Assembly: GCA_022824765.1 (NCBI GenBank)
Contig: JAJDZG010000161.1
Coordinates: 1 to 56,002 of the forward strand
Direction of reading: 5' to 3'
Source of the DNA: Dehalococcoidia bacterium
GTDB taxonomy: Bacteria; Chloroflexota; Dehalococcoidia; Bin125
DNA length: 56,002 bases
Shown piece after piece: positions 24,731 through 35,114 of this stretch (the stretch's first letter is position 1; the number at the start of each line of letters is the position of its first letter). Below the pieces are notes generated by a model. That model worked only from the letters and a program-made list of their open reading frames with translations. It was not told where the DNA came from and searched no databases. A program made the translations under genes and the position numbers.

Positions 24731-27253
24731 TCACTGATGTGTGACCGAGATGCTGCGGCCATCGGTGGATACCGAGATATCACCGTGTTGGGCCGTGACC
24801 AGGGTCTCAATGCCGAGCCGTGAGAGCAGCTCCACCACTTCAGGGTGGGGATGACCAAACGTGTTGTCTCGTCCGGCGCTGATCACGGCCAGCGTCGGAC
24901 GCACTGCATCAAGCATGAGCGTTGTGGTTGAGAATCTGCTGCCCTGATGCGCCACCTTGAGGACATCGCTGCGCAGGTCGCATGGCTGCACCGAGTGTGG
25001 ACAGGACTGACGCACCAGTTCGATCTCCTGCGCCGCGTTGATGTCGCCGGTGAAGAGGAATGCGGCGTCGGCGAACGTTGCGCGGATCACAATCGAGGTT
25101 GCATTCGGATCGTCCAGGAACTCGTCTGGCAGGCCGGAGGTTGGAGGCCAGAGGACATCGAGGTGCAGCGGCGTCGAGTCAGAAAACGCGATTCGCAGGC
25201 CTGGTTCTGACTCGATGATCTTGACCTCATGCCGCGCCAGCAGGTCCAACAGTCGCCGGCCGAGTGATGAGTCTTGCATGTACGCGCTGACCAGCGCCTG
25301 GCTGATGTCGTAGTGGTCGAAGATCGCCCAGAGCGCTTCCGTGTGGTCGGTCTGTGGATGTGTGATCACGAGTAGATCGATCCGTGTCGAATCGGGCGGC
25401 ATGTGGCGGCGCAGCGCTGCGAGGGCCAGATCCGGCTGTTCGCCGGTGTCGATCAAGATCGTCTGCCGATCAGGAGTGACGATCAGCGCGGCGTCGCCTT
25501 GTCCGATGTCGAAGAAGTGGACCTTCAGCGACGGATCAGGCGCGGCTGAGACGGTCAGCCAGAGGATCGCGGCCGCGGCGGATGCGGCGCCAGTGACGGC
25601 GATCGCTGTGAGGTGTTCTCGCAAGCGGGGGATCAGCGTGAGGCCAAGGACGTTCGGCGACTCCTGGCGTCGCAGTCGGCTGGATCGGTACCAGCGCTGG
25701 ACGCGCTCGCGATGCGGCCGCCAGGCGGCGAGACCGATCGCTGCGTAGATGATCAGCAAATGGGCGTGTCCGAATCCTCGGATCGACTCGCCGGCGCCGG
25801 GCAGTTTGGCGGCTCCTTCCGCGACCAGCACGAGCCAACGCAGCGGCAACCATGACAGCGGCCAGGCGGCGGCCTGCGCCGCCGATTCCCAGACGAGTCC
25901 GATCGCGGCCGTCGCGGCGGAGCCGAGCAACATCCAGCTGAAGAATGGCGCGACGAGCAGATTGGCAGGGATGCCGATCAGCGCGGCGCGTTCGAAGTGC
26001 AAGGCGATCAGCGGCAGCGTGGTCAGCGAGGCGACGAGCGTGACCAGCGACGCATCGCGGACCGCGCCGGTGAACCCGCTCTGTCCGCTGAGGAAGTCGC
26101 GAGACAGGGTGGGCATCAGCAAGACGATGCCGAGCGTTCCGGCGAGCGTGAGCTGGAACGACAGGTCGAGCAGGATTCGCGGGTCGAGCGCGGTCAACAG
26201 AGCGGCCGTCGCGGCCACGGCGTACAGGGCTGACGCGCCGCGCCCGAGCAGATGGGCGGCTGCGAACACGATGGCCATCCACATCGCGCGTTGAACGGGG
26301 GGATCGGGACCGATCAGCAGCCCGTAGCTAAGCGCGGCCAGGATCGCCAACGCCGCAGCCGGACGCCGCCCGGCGATCCAGGCTGTGGCGGCGATCACGA
26401 TCGAGGTCAGCAGTGTCAGATTGCTGCCCGAGATCACGATCAGATGAGACAGCGAGGTGTCGTTCAGCACCGAGCGCAGCTCGGTATCAATGCCATCGCG
26501 CCGGCCGGTGATCATTCCCTGAGCGAGCCCTGACATCGGCGGCGGCAGCGCATCCCGCAGGCTGAGGTTGAGCGCGTCGCGGGCATCCGCGGTCCAGCCT
26601 TGCGTCCAGCGACTCGGCCAGCCCAGCTCGGTAATCTCCAGCAGGCGTACCGATCCCGGCCGAGCCAGTCCGCTGGCGGCGATGCCTTGCGCCTCCAGCC
26701 ACTCGAGATACTCGGATGCCTCAGAGGCCACGCCTGCGACGGGCGTCAGGGTGGCCTCAACCTGGATCCGGTCGCCGAATTCGAGATCGAGCGCGTCGGG
26801 GATGAAGAGGAAGATCTGCTCCTCGACGTCCTGCTGCTCTGAGGCCAACGAGATCGACTCCGTGCGCACCAGCACTCGAGTTCCTGATCCACGGAACTGC
26901 GGGTCTTCGGCCACGCGTCCGACGATGCGGACGTGCTGCCCGTTGAAGTCTGCGGCCGCGAGTCCTTCGGGCTGGATCGCGGTCGAGTCCGCACGCCAGA
27001 TGCCGAGCCCGAGGATGACCGGTGTCAGCGCAAGGAGGAGTGCGGGCAGGCGGCGTCGGCCGATTAGATCGGAGCGGAGCATTGATCCGACGGCGAGCGT
27101 TGTCGAGCCAGCTGCGGCGAGGGCGGCAATCCACAGCGGCGCATCGGTCGCGGCGAGCGCCGCTCCAATGATCAGCGCCAGTGACCAATGCATCAAGGGC
27201 GGCCAATATGGTGCCCGCAACTGGCGTAGCGCGCTAATCGTGCGGCGAGACAT
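24731..27253 (-). CDS. comEC: DNA internalisation competence protein ComEC/Rec2 with C-terminal metallo-beta-lactamase domain
   Basis: A polytopic membrane core is followed by FFDIGQGDAALI ... VITHPQTDH ... KVAHQGS. The start was chosen at ATG 27253; ATG 27193 is an alternative. Confidence 0.85.
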   Translation of the reverse strand: MSRRTISALRQLRAPYWPPLMHWSLALIIGAALAATDAPLWIAALAAAGSTTLAVGSMLRSDLIGRRRLPALLLALTPVILGLGIWRADSTAIQPEGLAAADFNGQHVRIVGRVAEDPQFRGSGTRVLVRTESISLASEQQDVEEQIFLFIPDALDLEFGDRIQVEATLTPVAGVASEASEYLEWLEAQGIAASGLARPGSVRLLEITELGWPSRWTQGWTADARDALNLSLRDALPPPMSGLAQGMITGRRDGIDTELRSVLNDTSLSHLIVISGSNLTLLTSIVIAATAWIAGRRPAAALAILAALSYGLLIGPDPPVQRAMWMAIVFAAAHLLGRGASALYAVAATAALLTALDPRILLDLSFQLTLAGTLGIVLLMPTLSRDFLSGQSGFTGAVRDASLVTLVASLTTLPLIALHFERAALIGIPANLLVAPFFSWMLLGSAATAAIGLVWESAAQAAAWPLSWLPLRWLVLVAEGAAKLPGAGESIRGFGHAHLLIIYAAIGLAAWRPHRERVQRWYRSSRLRRQESPNVLGLTLIPRLREHLTAIAVTGAASAAAAILWLTVSAAPDPSLKVHFFDIGQGDAALIVTPDRQTILIDTGEQPDLALAALRRHMPPDSTRIDLLVITHPQTDHTEALWAIFDHYDISQALVSAYMQDSSLGRRLLDLLARHEVKIIESEPGLRIAFSDSTPLHLDVLWPPTSGLPDEFLDDPNATSIVIRATFADAAFLFTGDINAAQEIELVRQSCPHSVQPCDLRSDVLKVAHQGSRFSTTTLMLDAVRPTLAVISAGRDNTFGHPHPEVVELLSRLGIETLVTAQHGDISVSTDGRSISVTHQ

Positions 27254-27677
27254 AGACCGCGGCGAGATTCTGGATGGCGGCGACGTCGTTGTGATCGAGC
27301 ACGCCGCGATCGAACAGATCGGAGAGCGAGCTGAACGGCTCGATGGCGCGCAGCGCCACGATCGTCTCGGCTCTGGATGCGCCAATGCCAGGCAGGGTTT
27401 GCAGCTCTGACTCTGTCGCGGTGTTGATGTCGATTTGCAGACGGGCCGTCTGCGTCGTTGGCAGTTGGGTCATCTGGATCGTTGGCGGCAGCGGCGGAGC
27501 GCTGTGCTGGTCCGCCAAGACGGCAAGCCCGGCAGCGGCTGCGATCAGCGCCGCCGTCGCGGGCAACCACAAGACAGATTGACGCAGCGCCAACCAGAGC
27601 CGCAAGCGCAGGGAGATCGCCGACTCCGCAGTGGGATTCGGCGGGAGGATTTCGTTCCAGAGCGATTGGACGGGCAT
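27234..27677 (-). CDS. comEA: ComEA-type helix-hairpin-helix DNA-binding protein
   Basis: One TM segment, then [29 protein letters not shown] 27677 is preceded by GGGGGAG. The longer track ORF overlaps argF upstream sequence. Confidence 0.8.
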   Translation of the reverse strand: MPVQSLWNEILPPNPTAESAISLRLRLWLALRQSVLWLPATAALIAAAAGLAVLADQHSAPPLPPTIQMTQLPTTQTARLQIDINTATESELQTLPGIGASRAETIVALRAIEPFSSLSDLFDRGVLDHNDVAAIQNLAAVYVSPHD

Positions 27678-27840
27678 GCCGCGCTCCCCCAGCGACGCGT
27701 GTAACGCTCGCATAGAGCGTCCGTACCGAGCGTCTGTGAAAGGTATGTCATCTTCCTGGGCCAACGGTTCACGGCGTTGCCTGCTGGCCGATACATTGAC
27801 TCCACGCGGTGCAATGACGCGATGTAGAGAAAGCGGAACG

Positions 27841-28752
27841 ATGACTCGCTCGGTGCTGTCGGTGACGGATCTGTCGGCGGATGAGATTGGGCAGACGCTC
27901 GATCTCGCGTTGGAGACCAAGCGCGTCCGTCGTACGAGCGCCGAGTTGGCAGGCAAGACCGCGCTGTTGATCTTCCAGAAGCCGTCGCTGCGGACCCGCG
28001 TGTCGTTTGAGCTGGCGGTGTCGAATCTGGGCGGACGGCCGCTCTATCTGTCGCCGCCCGAAGTGGGACTAGGCGAACGAGAGTCTGCCGAAGATGTCGG
28101 CGGCGTCGCGGGCCGCTACTGCGATCTGATTGTGTGCCGAACGTTCGATCAGTCCAACCTGGAGCGGCTGGCAGCTTCGTCGGGCGTGCCGGTGGTCAAC
28201 GCGCTGAGCGACTGGGAACATCCCTGCCAGGCGCTCGCCGACTTGCTCACGATCCGAGAGCACGGCGGCGCCTCGGGTCGCGTGCTCGCGTACGTCGGAG
28301 ACGGCAACAACGTTGCCCGTTCGCTCGTGATCGCCGCCTGTGGGGAGGGGATGCATGTGCGCCTCTCCTCGCCGTCCGGGTACGAGCTGGACGCTGCCAG
28401 TGTTGATTCGGCAGCGCAGCGCGCCGATGCATCCGGTGGATCGATCGTGCTGCTGTCCGACCCGTCGGAAGCGGTGGTGTCGGCCGACGTCGTCTACACC
28501 GACACATGGACCTCCATGGGGCAGGAGCTTGAGGCGAAGCAGCGGCTTGAGGATTTCAGCGGTTATCAGGTCAACGCGGAGCTGATCGCTCAGGCCTCGC
28601 CTGACGTCGTGGTGATGCACTGTCTGCCCGCTCATCGCGGTGAGGAGATATCGGACGAGGTGCTCGACGGGCCACAGTCGGTCGTGCTCGATCAGGCCGA
28701 GAACCGGTTGCACGCGCAGCAAGCGCTGCTGGCCTGGTTGTTTAGCGGTTGA
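27841..28752 (+). CDS. argF: ornithine carbamoyltransferase
   Basis: [17 protein letters not shown] and [10 protein letters not shown] motifs. ATG 27841 was chosen; ATG 27814 is an alternative. Confidence 0.9.
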   Translation: MTRSVLSVTDLSADEIGQTLDLALETKRVRRTSAELAGKTALLIFQKPSLRTRVSFELAVSNLGGRPLYLSPPEVGLGERESAEDVGGVAGRYCDLIVCRTFDQSNLERLAASSGVPVVNALSDWEHPCQALADLLTIREHGGASGRVLAYVGDGNNVARSLVIAACGEGMHVRLSSPSGYELDAASVDSAAQRADASGGSIVLLSDPSEAVVSADVVYTDTWTSMGQELEAKQRLEDFSGYQVNAELIAQASPDVVVMHCLPAHRGEEISDEVLDGPQSVVLDQAENRLHAQQALLAWLFSG

Positions 28753-28828
28753 TTCGCGTCTGAATCGCGTCTGAATCGCGTAGCCTGTGGCCACGCTGCA
28801 TTCAGTGCGTGAGAGCTGAGGCCAGGTC

Positions 28829-29734
28829 GTGGACGGCTTGATCAACGACATCGAGATCGCGTTCAACTCGTTCAGTTGGACCAACCTGTTCGAGGTCACG
28901 GCGATCGCGGTGGTGTTCTACGCCGGTCTGCGGCTGTTGCGCGGGACGACGGCGATGTCGGTCATCCGCGGCATGGTCCTGGTGGTGGTGCTGATCTCGG
29001 TGCTCGGCCGCGTCGTGGATTCGGTCGTACTGGACTGGATCGTCGACAACGCCCTGGCCGTGCTGCTGATTGTTGTCTTGCTCGTGTTTCAACCTGAGTT
29101 CCGGCGCGCCTTCGAGCATGTCGGCCGCGCGGGCGGCTTCCGACACTGGGCCAGCCGCAGCCAACCGTATCGCGCGCTGATTCCGATGGTGGCGACCGTC
29201 TCGCATCGGCTGTCGCAGCAGAGCGCCGGCGGATTGTTCATCTTTGAACGCGAGACAGGACTGGACGAGCTAGCCAACGCAGGAGTCAGACTCGGCGCCG
29301 AACCGACGACCCACCTGCTGGAGAGCATTTTCTGGCGCGGATCGCCGCTGCACGACGGTGCGGTGCTGCTGCGTCCCTCGGAGGTGGTCGCGGCGGCGGT
29401 GATTCTGCCAACACCGAGCGGCGGCATGTCGATCTGGCAGGGCGTCGGCGCGCCCGGTTCGCATCTGGGTACACGTCACCGCGCCGCGCTCACGATCTCC
29501 GAGGAGACCGACGCCGTCGCCGTGATCATCTCGGAGGAATCCGGCACGATTTCGGTCGCAGCTGGCGGCGAGCTGTCGGGACCGATGTCGGCGGCGCAGC
29601 TGGAAACGGTGCTGGCTCGGCATCTGCACGCTCGACGTTACGGCTCCAAACTTGGTGGACGCTTGTCCGGCGTCGGGGCAGATCGCCGCTCGACTGCGGC
29701 ATCGACCGCCGGCGGCGACTCGACGGGTGCCTAA
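28829..29734 (+). CDS. cdaA: diadenylate cyclase CdaA
   Basis: Three N-terminal TM spans followed by a DAC domain (GSPLHDGAVLL ... LGTRHRAALTISEETDAVAVIISEESGTIS). Confidence 0.9.
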   Translation: MDGLINDIEIAFNSFSWTNLFEVTAIAVVFYAGLRLLRGTTAMSVIRGMVLVVVLISVLGRVVDSVVLDWIVDNALAVLLIVVLLVFQPEFRRAFEHVGRAGGFRHWASRSQPYRALIPMVATVSHRLSQQSAGGLFIFERETGLDELANAGVRLGAEPTTHLLESIFWRGSPLHDGAVLLRPSEVVAAAVILPTPSGGMSIWQGVGAPGSHLGTRHRAALTISEETDAVAVIISEESGTISVAAGGELSGPMSAAQLETVLARHLHARRYGSKLGGRLSGVGADRRSTAASTAGGDSTGA

Positions 29735-31024
29735 GTGCGACGGGTCGGCCAGGAGGCGGCGCTGCTCTTCACGGTGACGCTGCTCGCGCTGATCGTGTGG
29801 TTTGTGATTGCCGACACTGAGAACCAGCAGATCGAGGCTCGGCTTGGATTCTCGCTTGAAGTCGAGGTCACCGAGCTGAGCGCCGAACTTGCCGTCACCG
29901 GCGATCCGCTGCCGGTCACCGTGACTGTGATTGGGCGCGAACCCGACGTCGAGGCGGCGCTTCCCGAGCACTTCCGAGCCACGGTCTCGTTGCGAAACCG
30001 AGCCGCTGGCCGTCACAACCTCCCGGTTCGCGTGGACTCCCTCGAGGGCGACGTGCGTGTCCGCGCGGTTCAGCCCGAGACGGCGGTGGTCATCTTGCAG
30101 GAGACGGTGGAGCGTGAGGTGCCGGTCACGGTGGAGTTGGCCAATCCGCCGCCGCTGGGGTTCTCTGTCGGCGACTCTGAGGCGCTGCCGTCGACTGCGA
30201 TCGTCAGCGGTCTGGCGGTGGACGTGGAGTCAGTGGCGACCGTCGTGGCGCGGCTCGACCTGGGCGGCGCACGGGTCAGCCTGGAGCGCGAGGTGATGCT
30301 CGAAGCGCGTACGGCGGCCGGCGCGACGGTATCGCAGGTGCTCGTCAATCCGCGGTTCGCGGCGGTCCGTGTCCCGATCGAGCAGGAGGTCTTTCGGCGC
30401 ACCTACTCGATCTTGCCGCAAGTCGTCGGCGCACCGGCGCAGGGATTCCGGGTGCGATCGATCCGCTCCATCCCGCCGACCGTCGACGTGCTGGTCTCGA
30501 TCGAGGGACTCGATGAGGAATCTGAGGTGTTGACCGAGCCGATCGACATCACGGACGTGGAGCAGGACGTCTTGGTCTCGGTGCCGCTTATCTTCGGCGC
30601 GACGGCTGCGCCCACGGCCGAGTCGCAACCGACCACACGCGTCGTCGTGGTGATCGAGCCTGTTGTTTCCAGCGTCACGCTGCCGGTCAACGTTGAGGCG
30701 GTCAATATCGCCGGCGGCCTGGCGCTCCAGTCTGCGTTGCCGCAGACAGCGCGCGTGACCCTGCGTGGGCCTGTCGCCGTACTCTCGGATCTGGACGGAC
30801 CGCTGCCGACCCTCGAGCTGGATCTCGCGGGACTTGGGACCGGCCGACACACGGTCGTCCTCGAGTGGCGGGCGCCGCGAGATTTGGAGCTGACCGCCGT
30901 TCTGCCTGGGCAGATTACGGTCGTGCTGACGGAGATTGTCAGCGAGGACGACGCGTCGGGCTCGCAAGCGGATAGCGTGGAGATCGATGGCGTGAACGGG
31001 CAGAACGGCGGCGACGATGAGTGA
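29735..31024 (+). CDS. cdaR: CdaR (YbbR-domain) regulator of CdaA
   Basis: It starts directly after the cdaA stop. It has an N-terminal TM segment and repeated YbbR-like beta-rich modules. Confidence 0.75.
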   Translation: MRRVGQEAALLFTVTLLALIVWFVIADTENQQIEARLGFSLEVEVTELSAELAVTGDPLPVTVTVIGREPDVEAALPEHFRATVSLRNRAAGRHNLPVRVDSLEGDVRVRAVQPETAVVILQETVEREVPVTVELANPPPLGFSVGDSEALPSTAIVSGLAVDVESVATVVARLDLGGARVSLEREVMLEARTAAGATVSQVLVNPRFAAVRVPIEQEVFRRTYSILPQVVGAPAQGFRVRSIRSIPPTVDVLVSIEGLDEESEVLTEPIDITDVEQDVLVSVPLIFGATAAPTAESQPTTRVVVVIEPVVSSVTLPVNVEAVNIAGGLALQSALPQTARVTLRGPVAVLSDLDGPLPTLELDLAGLGTGRHTVVLEWRAPRDLELTAVLPGQITVVLTEIVSEDDASGSQADSVEIDGVNGQNGGDDE

Positions 31025-32414
31025 AGAGACCAGCACCGTGACGGGCCTGCCGCAGGTTGACGTGCGCGCCGTCCCGCGCAACACGCTGCCGACGGTGGCG
31101 ATCGTCGGACGGCCCAATGTCGGCAAATCAACGCTCTTCAATCGGCTCGTGCGGCGCCGACAGGCGATCGTGCGCGGCGAGCCTGGCACGACTCGCGACC
31201 GCAACTACGCGGACGCGGAATGGCGCGGACAGCCGTTCTCCGTGATCGACACGGGCGGCCTGCTCGGCGAGCAGCTGACTGGTCCGTTCGCTGACTCGGT
31301 TGCGGAGCAGGTGCAGCAAGCCGTCGCCGAGTCCGACGCGATCATGCTCGTGGTAGACGTGCAGACCGGGGCGCTGCCGGCCGACGAGGATGTCGCTGCG
31401 CTGCTGCGCGAGGTCTCGCAGCCGGTCACGGTCTGCGCCAACAAGTGCGACAACGACCAGCTCGCCGCTGAAGCCTCGCAGTTTTTCGCGCTCGGACTCG
31501 GCGATCCTGTCGCGGTCTCGGCCCATCATGGACGTTGGATCGACGATCTGCTCGACCGGGTGACGGCCGACCTCGCCGTGGCCGAACCGATGGAAGCGGA
31601 CGATGTCGCGTGCCGCCTCGCCATCGTGGGCCGCCCCAACGTCGGCAAGTCTTCGTTGGTCAATGCGCTGTTGCGAGACGAGCGGATGATCGTCTCGGAC
31701 GTACCGGGTACCACACGCGACGCCGTCGACACGCTGCTCAGCTTCGACGGTCAGCGCGTGTCGCTGGTCGACACGGCGGGTATCCGACGGCCGGGCCGAG
31801 TGGCGCCGGGCATCGAACGCGCCTCTGTGCGACGCGCCGGTGCCGCTGTCCGACGGGCGGATGTCTCAGCCGTCGTGATCGATGCCCATGAAGGTGTCAC
31901 GTCTCAGGATCTGCACGTGCTGGGCATGGCGATGGATGACGGCGCAGGCGTTGTGATCGTGATGAACAAGGCGGACCTGGTCGACGCTGAGGACGGTCTA
32001 CGGAACAGCCGTGAGCGACAGTTGGCTGGTCGCGCGCGATTCGTCAGCTGGGCGCCGATTGTCTGGATCTCCGCGCTGACGGGCGATGCGGTGGATTCCG
32101 TCGTGGCGGCGGCGCTGCATGTCGCGGAGGCGAGGCGCACTCGCGTGCCGACGCCGCGTCTGAACGCAATGCTGCGGCAGGCGCAGGTCGAGCGGCCACC
32201 GGCGACGTACCGCGGCAAACGGATCCGCTTCTTCTACGGGGTTCAAACCGCGGAGGCGCCGCCGACGTTTACCTTCTTTGTCAACTACCCGGACGCCGTG
32301 CACTTCTCCTACGAGCGGTACCTGATGGGACGCATTCGACGCACGTTCGGGTTCGAAGGCACGCCGCTGCGCTGCGTGTTACGCGGCCGCGACCCTGATA
32401 ATCCGCGCGAGTGA
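31017..32414 (+). CDS. der: ribosome-associated GTPase Der (EngA)
   Basis: Two G-domains (VAIVGRPNVGKSTLFN and LAIVGRPNVGKSSLVN) plus a KH-like C-terminus. Confidence 0.95.
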   Translation: MSEETSTVTGLPQVDVRAVPRNTLPTVAIVGRPNVGKSTLFNRLVRRRQAIVRGEPGTTRDRNYADAEWRGQPFSVIDTGGLLGEQLTGPFADSVAEQVQQAVAESDAIMLVVDVQTGALPADEDVAALLREVSQPVTVCANKCDNDQLAAEASQFFALGLGDPVAVSAHHGRWIDDLLDRVTADLAVAEPMEADDVACRLAIVGRPNVGKSSLVNALLRDERMIVSDVPGTTRDAVDTLLSFDGQRVSLVDTAGIRRPGRVAPGIERASVRRAGAAVRRADVSAVVIDAHEGVTSQDLHVLGMAMDDGAGVVIVMNKADLVDAEDGLRNSRERQLAGRARFVSWAPIVWISALTGDAVDSVVAAALHVAEARRTRVPTPRLNAMLRQAQVERPPATYRGKRIRFFYGVQTAEAPPTFTFFVNYPDAVHFSYERYLMGRIRRTFGFEGTPLRCVLRGRDPDNPRE

Positions 32415-32450
32415 ACCCATGAGACAGGCGAGATAGGCGAGGCTGGGGAC

Positions 32451-33068
32451 ATGGTTGAGGCCTGGATCATCGGCGGGCTGATCGGTTATCTGCTCGGTTC
32501 GATTCCGACGGGGCTATGGATTGGGCGCTGGCGGGGCGGCGGCGATATCCGCGCCTCGGGCAGCGGACGCACCGGCGCGACGAACACGTTTCGGACGCTG
32601 GGCCTGCGCTGGTCGGTTGCAGTGCTGGTCATCGACGCGATCAAGGGCGCAGCGCCGATCCTGATCGTGATGGGTGTCTGGGACAGTCCGACCGGCGAGG
32701 TGATCGCTGGCGTGGCGGCTATCGTGGGTCATCAATTCCCGCTCTACGCGGGGTTCCGCGGCGGGCGCGGCGCGGCGACGGCGTTGGGCGCGTTGATTGT
32801 GCTCATGCCGATGGGCGTGCTCTTCGCGCTGGGCGCAGCGGCGCCGATCTTGATGCGAGTTCGCGTGATGTCGTTGGCCACCTTGACGGGCGCGACGGCG
32901 GCATCGGTCGGCATCTCACTGCTCGCCGTCTATGGCGGCGCGCCCGATGCATACATCGGCTTTGCCGTCGTGACCTGGGCCCTGGTGGTTGCTGGGCACC
33001 GAGACAACATCCAGCGGATCGCCGCCGGTACCGAGCGTGTGCTCTCGATGGGTCGGTCGAGCGCATGA
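32451..33068 (+). CDS. plsY: glycerol-3-phosphate acyltransferase PlsY
   Basis: GYLLGSIPTGLWIGR ... SGRTGATNTFRTLG. Confidence 0.9.
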   Translation: MVEAWIIGGLIGYLLGSIPTGLWIGRWRGGGDIRASGSGRTGATNTFRTLGLRWSVAVLVIDAIKGAAPILIVMGVWDSPTGEVIAGVAAIVGHQFPLYAGFRGGRGAATALGALIVLMPMGVLFALGAAAPILMRVRVMSLATLTGATAASVGISLLAVYGGAPDAYIGFAVVTWALVVAGHRDNIQRIAAGTERVLSMGRSSA

Positions 33069-34063
33069 AAGTGCTGGTGGTCGCCGCCACGTCGTGGGGC
33101 TGCACGGTCGCCGCATGTGCGCATCGCGCGGGCCACGAGGCCAGCGTCTTGTGCCGCTCGGAGTCCGAGGCCGCAGCACTGACCGAGTCCCGCGAACTCA
33201 CCCGGCTGATGCCCGGCGTCAAGCTGCCGGATGAGATCAGATTCGTCACAGATCCGAGCGGTGCGCCGCCCGGCGTGGTGATCTGGGCTGCGCCGTCGCA
33301 GCGGCTGAGAGGCAACCTGCGAGCGGTCTTGCCCATGCTCACGCCTGGTGACACTGTTCACGTCTCCGCGGCCAAGGGGCTCGAACGAGGCTCGCATCAG
33401 CGGATGACGGAGGTCATTGACCAGGAACTCAGCCTCGCCGGACGAGAGGGGCGGGTCGGGGCGGTCTCGGGACCGAACATCGCAGTTGAGATTGCCGCAG
33501 GATTGCCAGCGGCCACGGTCGCGGCTGCCGCCAACGCGTCCGACCGCGAGCGAATCCAGCGTGCCCTCAACTCCACGAGTTTTCGTGTCTACACCAATCC
33601 GGACGTGATCGGCGTCGAGTTGGGTGGCGCGCTGAAGAACATCATCGTGATCGCCGCCGGTGCTGCGTATGCGCTCCGACTCGGTGACAACGCTCGGGCG
33701 GCGTTGCTGACACGCGGGCTATCGGAGATCGCCCGAATGGGCGTCAGGCTTGGCGCCGAGCCATCCACCTTTGCAGGACTGGCCGGGCTCGGTGACCTGC
33801 TGGTGACGGCGATGAGCCCTCGTTCCCGCAACCGCACCTTCGGGGAGCGGATTGGCTCGGGAGTGCCGACCAAGGATGCGCTCTCGGATACGGCGAATGT
33901 CGTGGAGGGAGTTGAGACCGTGCAAGTGGCGCTGGAGATGGCCGAAGCGTTGGGCGAACCGATGCCGATCTCGACGGCGGTATCCGATGTCTTGTTTGCG
34001 GGGTTGGACGCGCAGGCGGCGATCAGGGCGCTGATGGAGCGTGCGCCGACGGTGGAGGGCTGA
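33065..34063 (+). CDS. gpsA: NAD(P)H-dependent glycerol-3-phosphate dehydrogenase
   Basis: ATG 33065 overlaps the plsY stop. GGALKNIIVIAAG, GLGDLLVTAMS..SRNRTFG. The 515-aa track ORF is an out-of-frame extension over plsY. Confidence 0.9.
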   Translation: MKVLVVAATSWGCTVAACAHRAGHEASVLCRSESEAAALTESRELTRLMPGVKLPDEIRFVTDPSGAPPGVVIWAAPSQRLRGNLRAVLPMLTPGDTVHVSAAKGLERGSHQRMTEVIDQELSLAGREGRVGAVSGPNIAVEIAAGLPAATVAAAANASDRERIQRALNSTSFRVYTNPDVIGVELGGALKNIIVIAAGAAYALRLGDNARAALLTRGLSEIARMGVRLGAEPSTFAGLAGLGDLLVTAMSPRSRNRTFGERIGSGVPTKDALSDTANVVEGVETVQVALEMAEALGEPMPISTAVSDVLFAGLDAQAAIRALMERAPTVEG

Positions 34064-34066
34064 GCC

Positions 34067-35083
34067 ATGCCTGAATCGCGCGAGTATCCGGACGCGATGG
34101 CGCCGCTCGACGGCCTGCGCCACGTGCTGGAGGCGATCGCGTCGGGAGCGGGCGATCTGGAGCCGGAGGCGCTGCACGCTGTCTCGCGGCTCGGCAGCGG
34201 TGAGGATCGCGCGGCCCGCGAACAGTTCAACCAGCTCGAATCGTCGGAGCGATTTGCCGCAGCCGACCGCCTGCGTCAGGCTGCGGTGTCGTTCGCAGGC
34301 TACGACTTCACGAACCTCTTCGCGCTGCTGCTGAATGACGGCGACGCATCAGTTCGGACCGTCGCGGTCCATGGACTTTCGGTCTCGGAGACTGCCGAGG
34401 CGACCGCGCTGATGCTCGCGGCTGCGCAGTCGCAAGAAGAAGAAATCAGCGTGCGCATGGAAGCCGTCACGGCGTTGGGCGCGGTCGCGCTGCGACTGGA
34501 GATCGGTTGGGCGTCGGACGAGCGGGCGCTCGGAGTAGTGCCCGCGTTGCGCGCTCTGGCCGAGGATGCGCTGGAAGACGAGCAGCTGCGTGCGGCGGCG
34601 ATCGCGAGCGTCGCTGTGATGAGCGAAGCGTGGGTCTCGGGCCTGATCGAGGATGCCTTCGATAGCGACGACGCCGCGTTGCACTTGGGCGCCGTTCAGG
34701 CGATGGGCCGCAACGCCGACGAATCCTGGCTGTCCTGGCTGGAGGGGTCGCTCTACGCGGAGGATGAAGACGAGCGTCTCGCCGCGGCGATGGCGATCGG
34801 CGAGATCGGTTCGGAGGAAGGTACACCACTGCTGCTTGATCTCTTCGACGACGCGACGGCCAACGATGAGTTGCTGGCCGCTGCCGTCGGTGCGTTAGGC
34901 GAAATTGGCTCTGAAGAGGCGCTGGAACAGCTCGAGCAGCTGCGAACACATCCGGATCCGTCGCTGCGCATCGCCGCCCAGGACGCATTGACACAGGCCG
35001 CCGAGGCTGATGACTTCTCCGATTTCGAACCACCCCTCGACTCCATCGATTGGGATGACGCGCCGGACCCTCTGATAGATTGA
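34067..35083 (+). CDS. HEAT-repeat (PBS-lyase type) protein
   Basis: Repeated D..VR..A..ALG..G helix pairs, e.g. SVRTVAVHGLS, SVRMEAVTALGAV, ERLAAAMAIGEIGSEEG, LAAAVGALGEIGSEEA and PSLRIAAQDAL. Confidence 0.75.
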   Translation: MPESREYPDAMAPLDGLRHVLEAIASGAGDLEPEALHAVSRLGSGEDRAAREQFNQLESSERFAAADRLRQAAVSFAGYDFTNLFALLLNDGDASVRTVAVHGLSVSETAEATALMLAAAQSQEEEISVRMEAVTALGAVALRLEIGWASDERALGVVPALRALAEDALEDEQLRAAAIASVAVMSEAWVSGLIEDAFDSDDAALHLGAVQAMGRNADESWLSWLEGSLYAEDEDERLAAAMAIGEIGSEEGTPLLLDLFDDATANDELLAAAVGALGEIGSEEALEQLEQLRTHPDPSLRIAAQDALTQAAEADDFSDFEPPLDSIDWDDAPDPLID

Positions 35084-35114
35084 GATCATCATGTGTGTTG
35101 GAGGAGGAGTAGAG

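Noticed and set aside
28751-28783. About three tandem copies of an 11-nt unit (GATTCGCGTCT GAATCGCGTCT GAATCGCGTA) after the argF stop
   Set aside because: It is too short and has too few copies to be a CRISPR array or VNTR of note. It is probably slippage in a non-coding spacer.
32516-33064. N-terminal 183 codons of the 515-aa track ORF preceding gpsA
   Set aside because: This is an out-of-frame overlap of the well-supported plsY gene, with an Arg/Gly-rich nonsense-like sequence. gpsA starts at ATG 33065.
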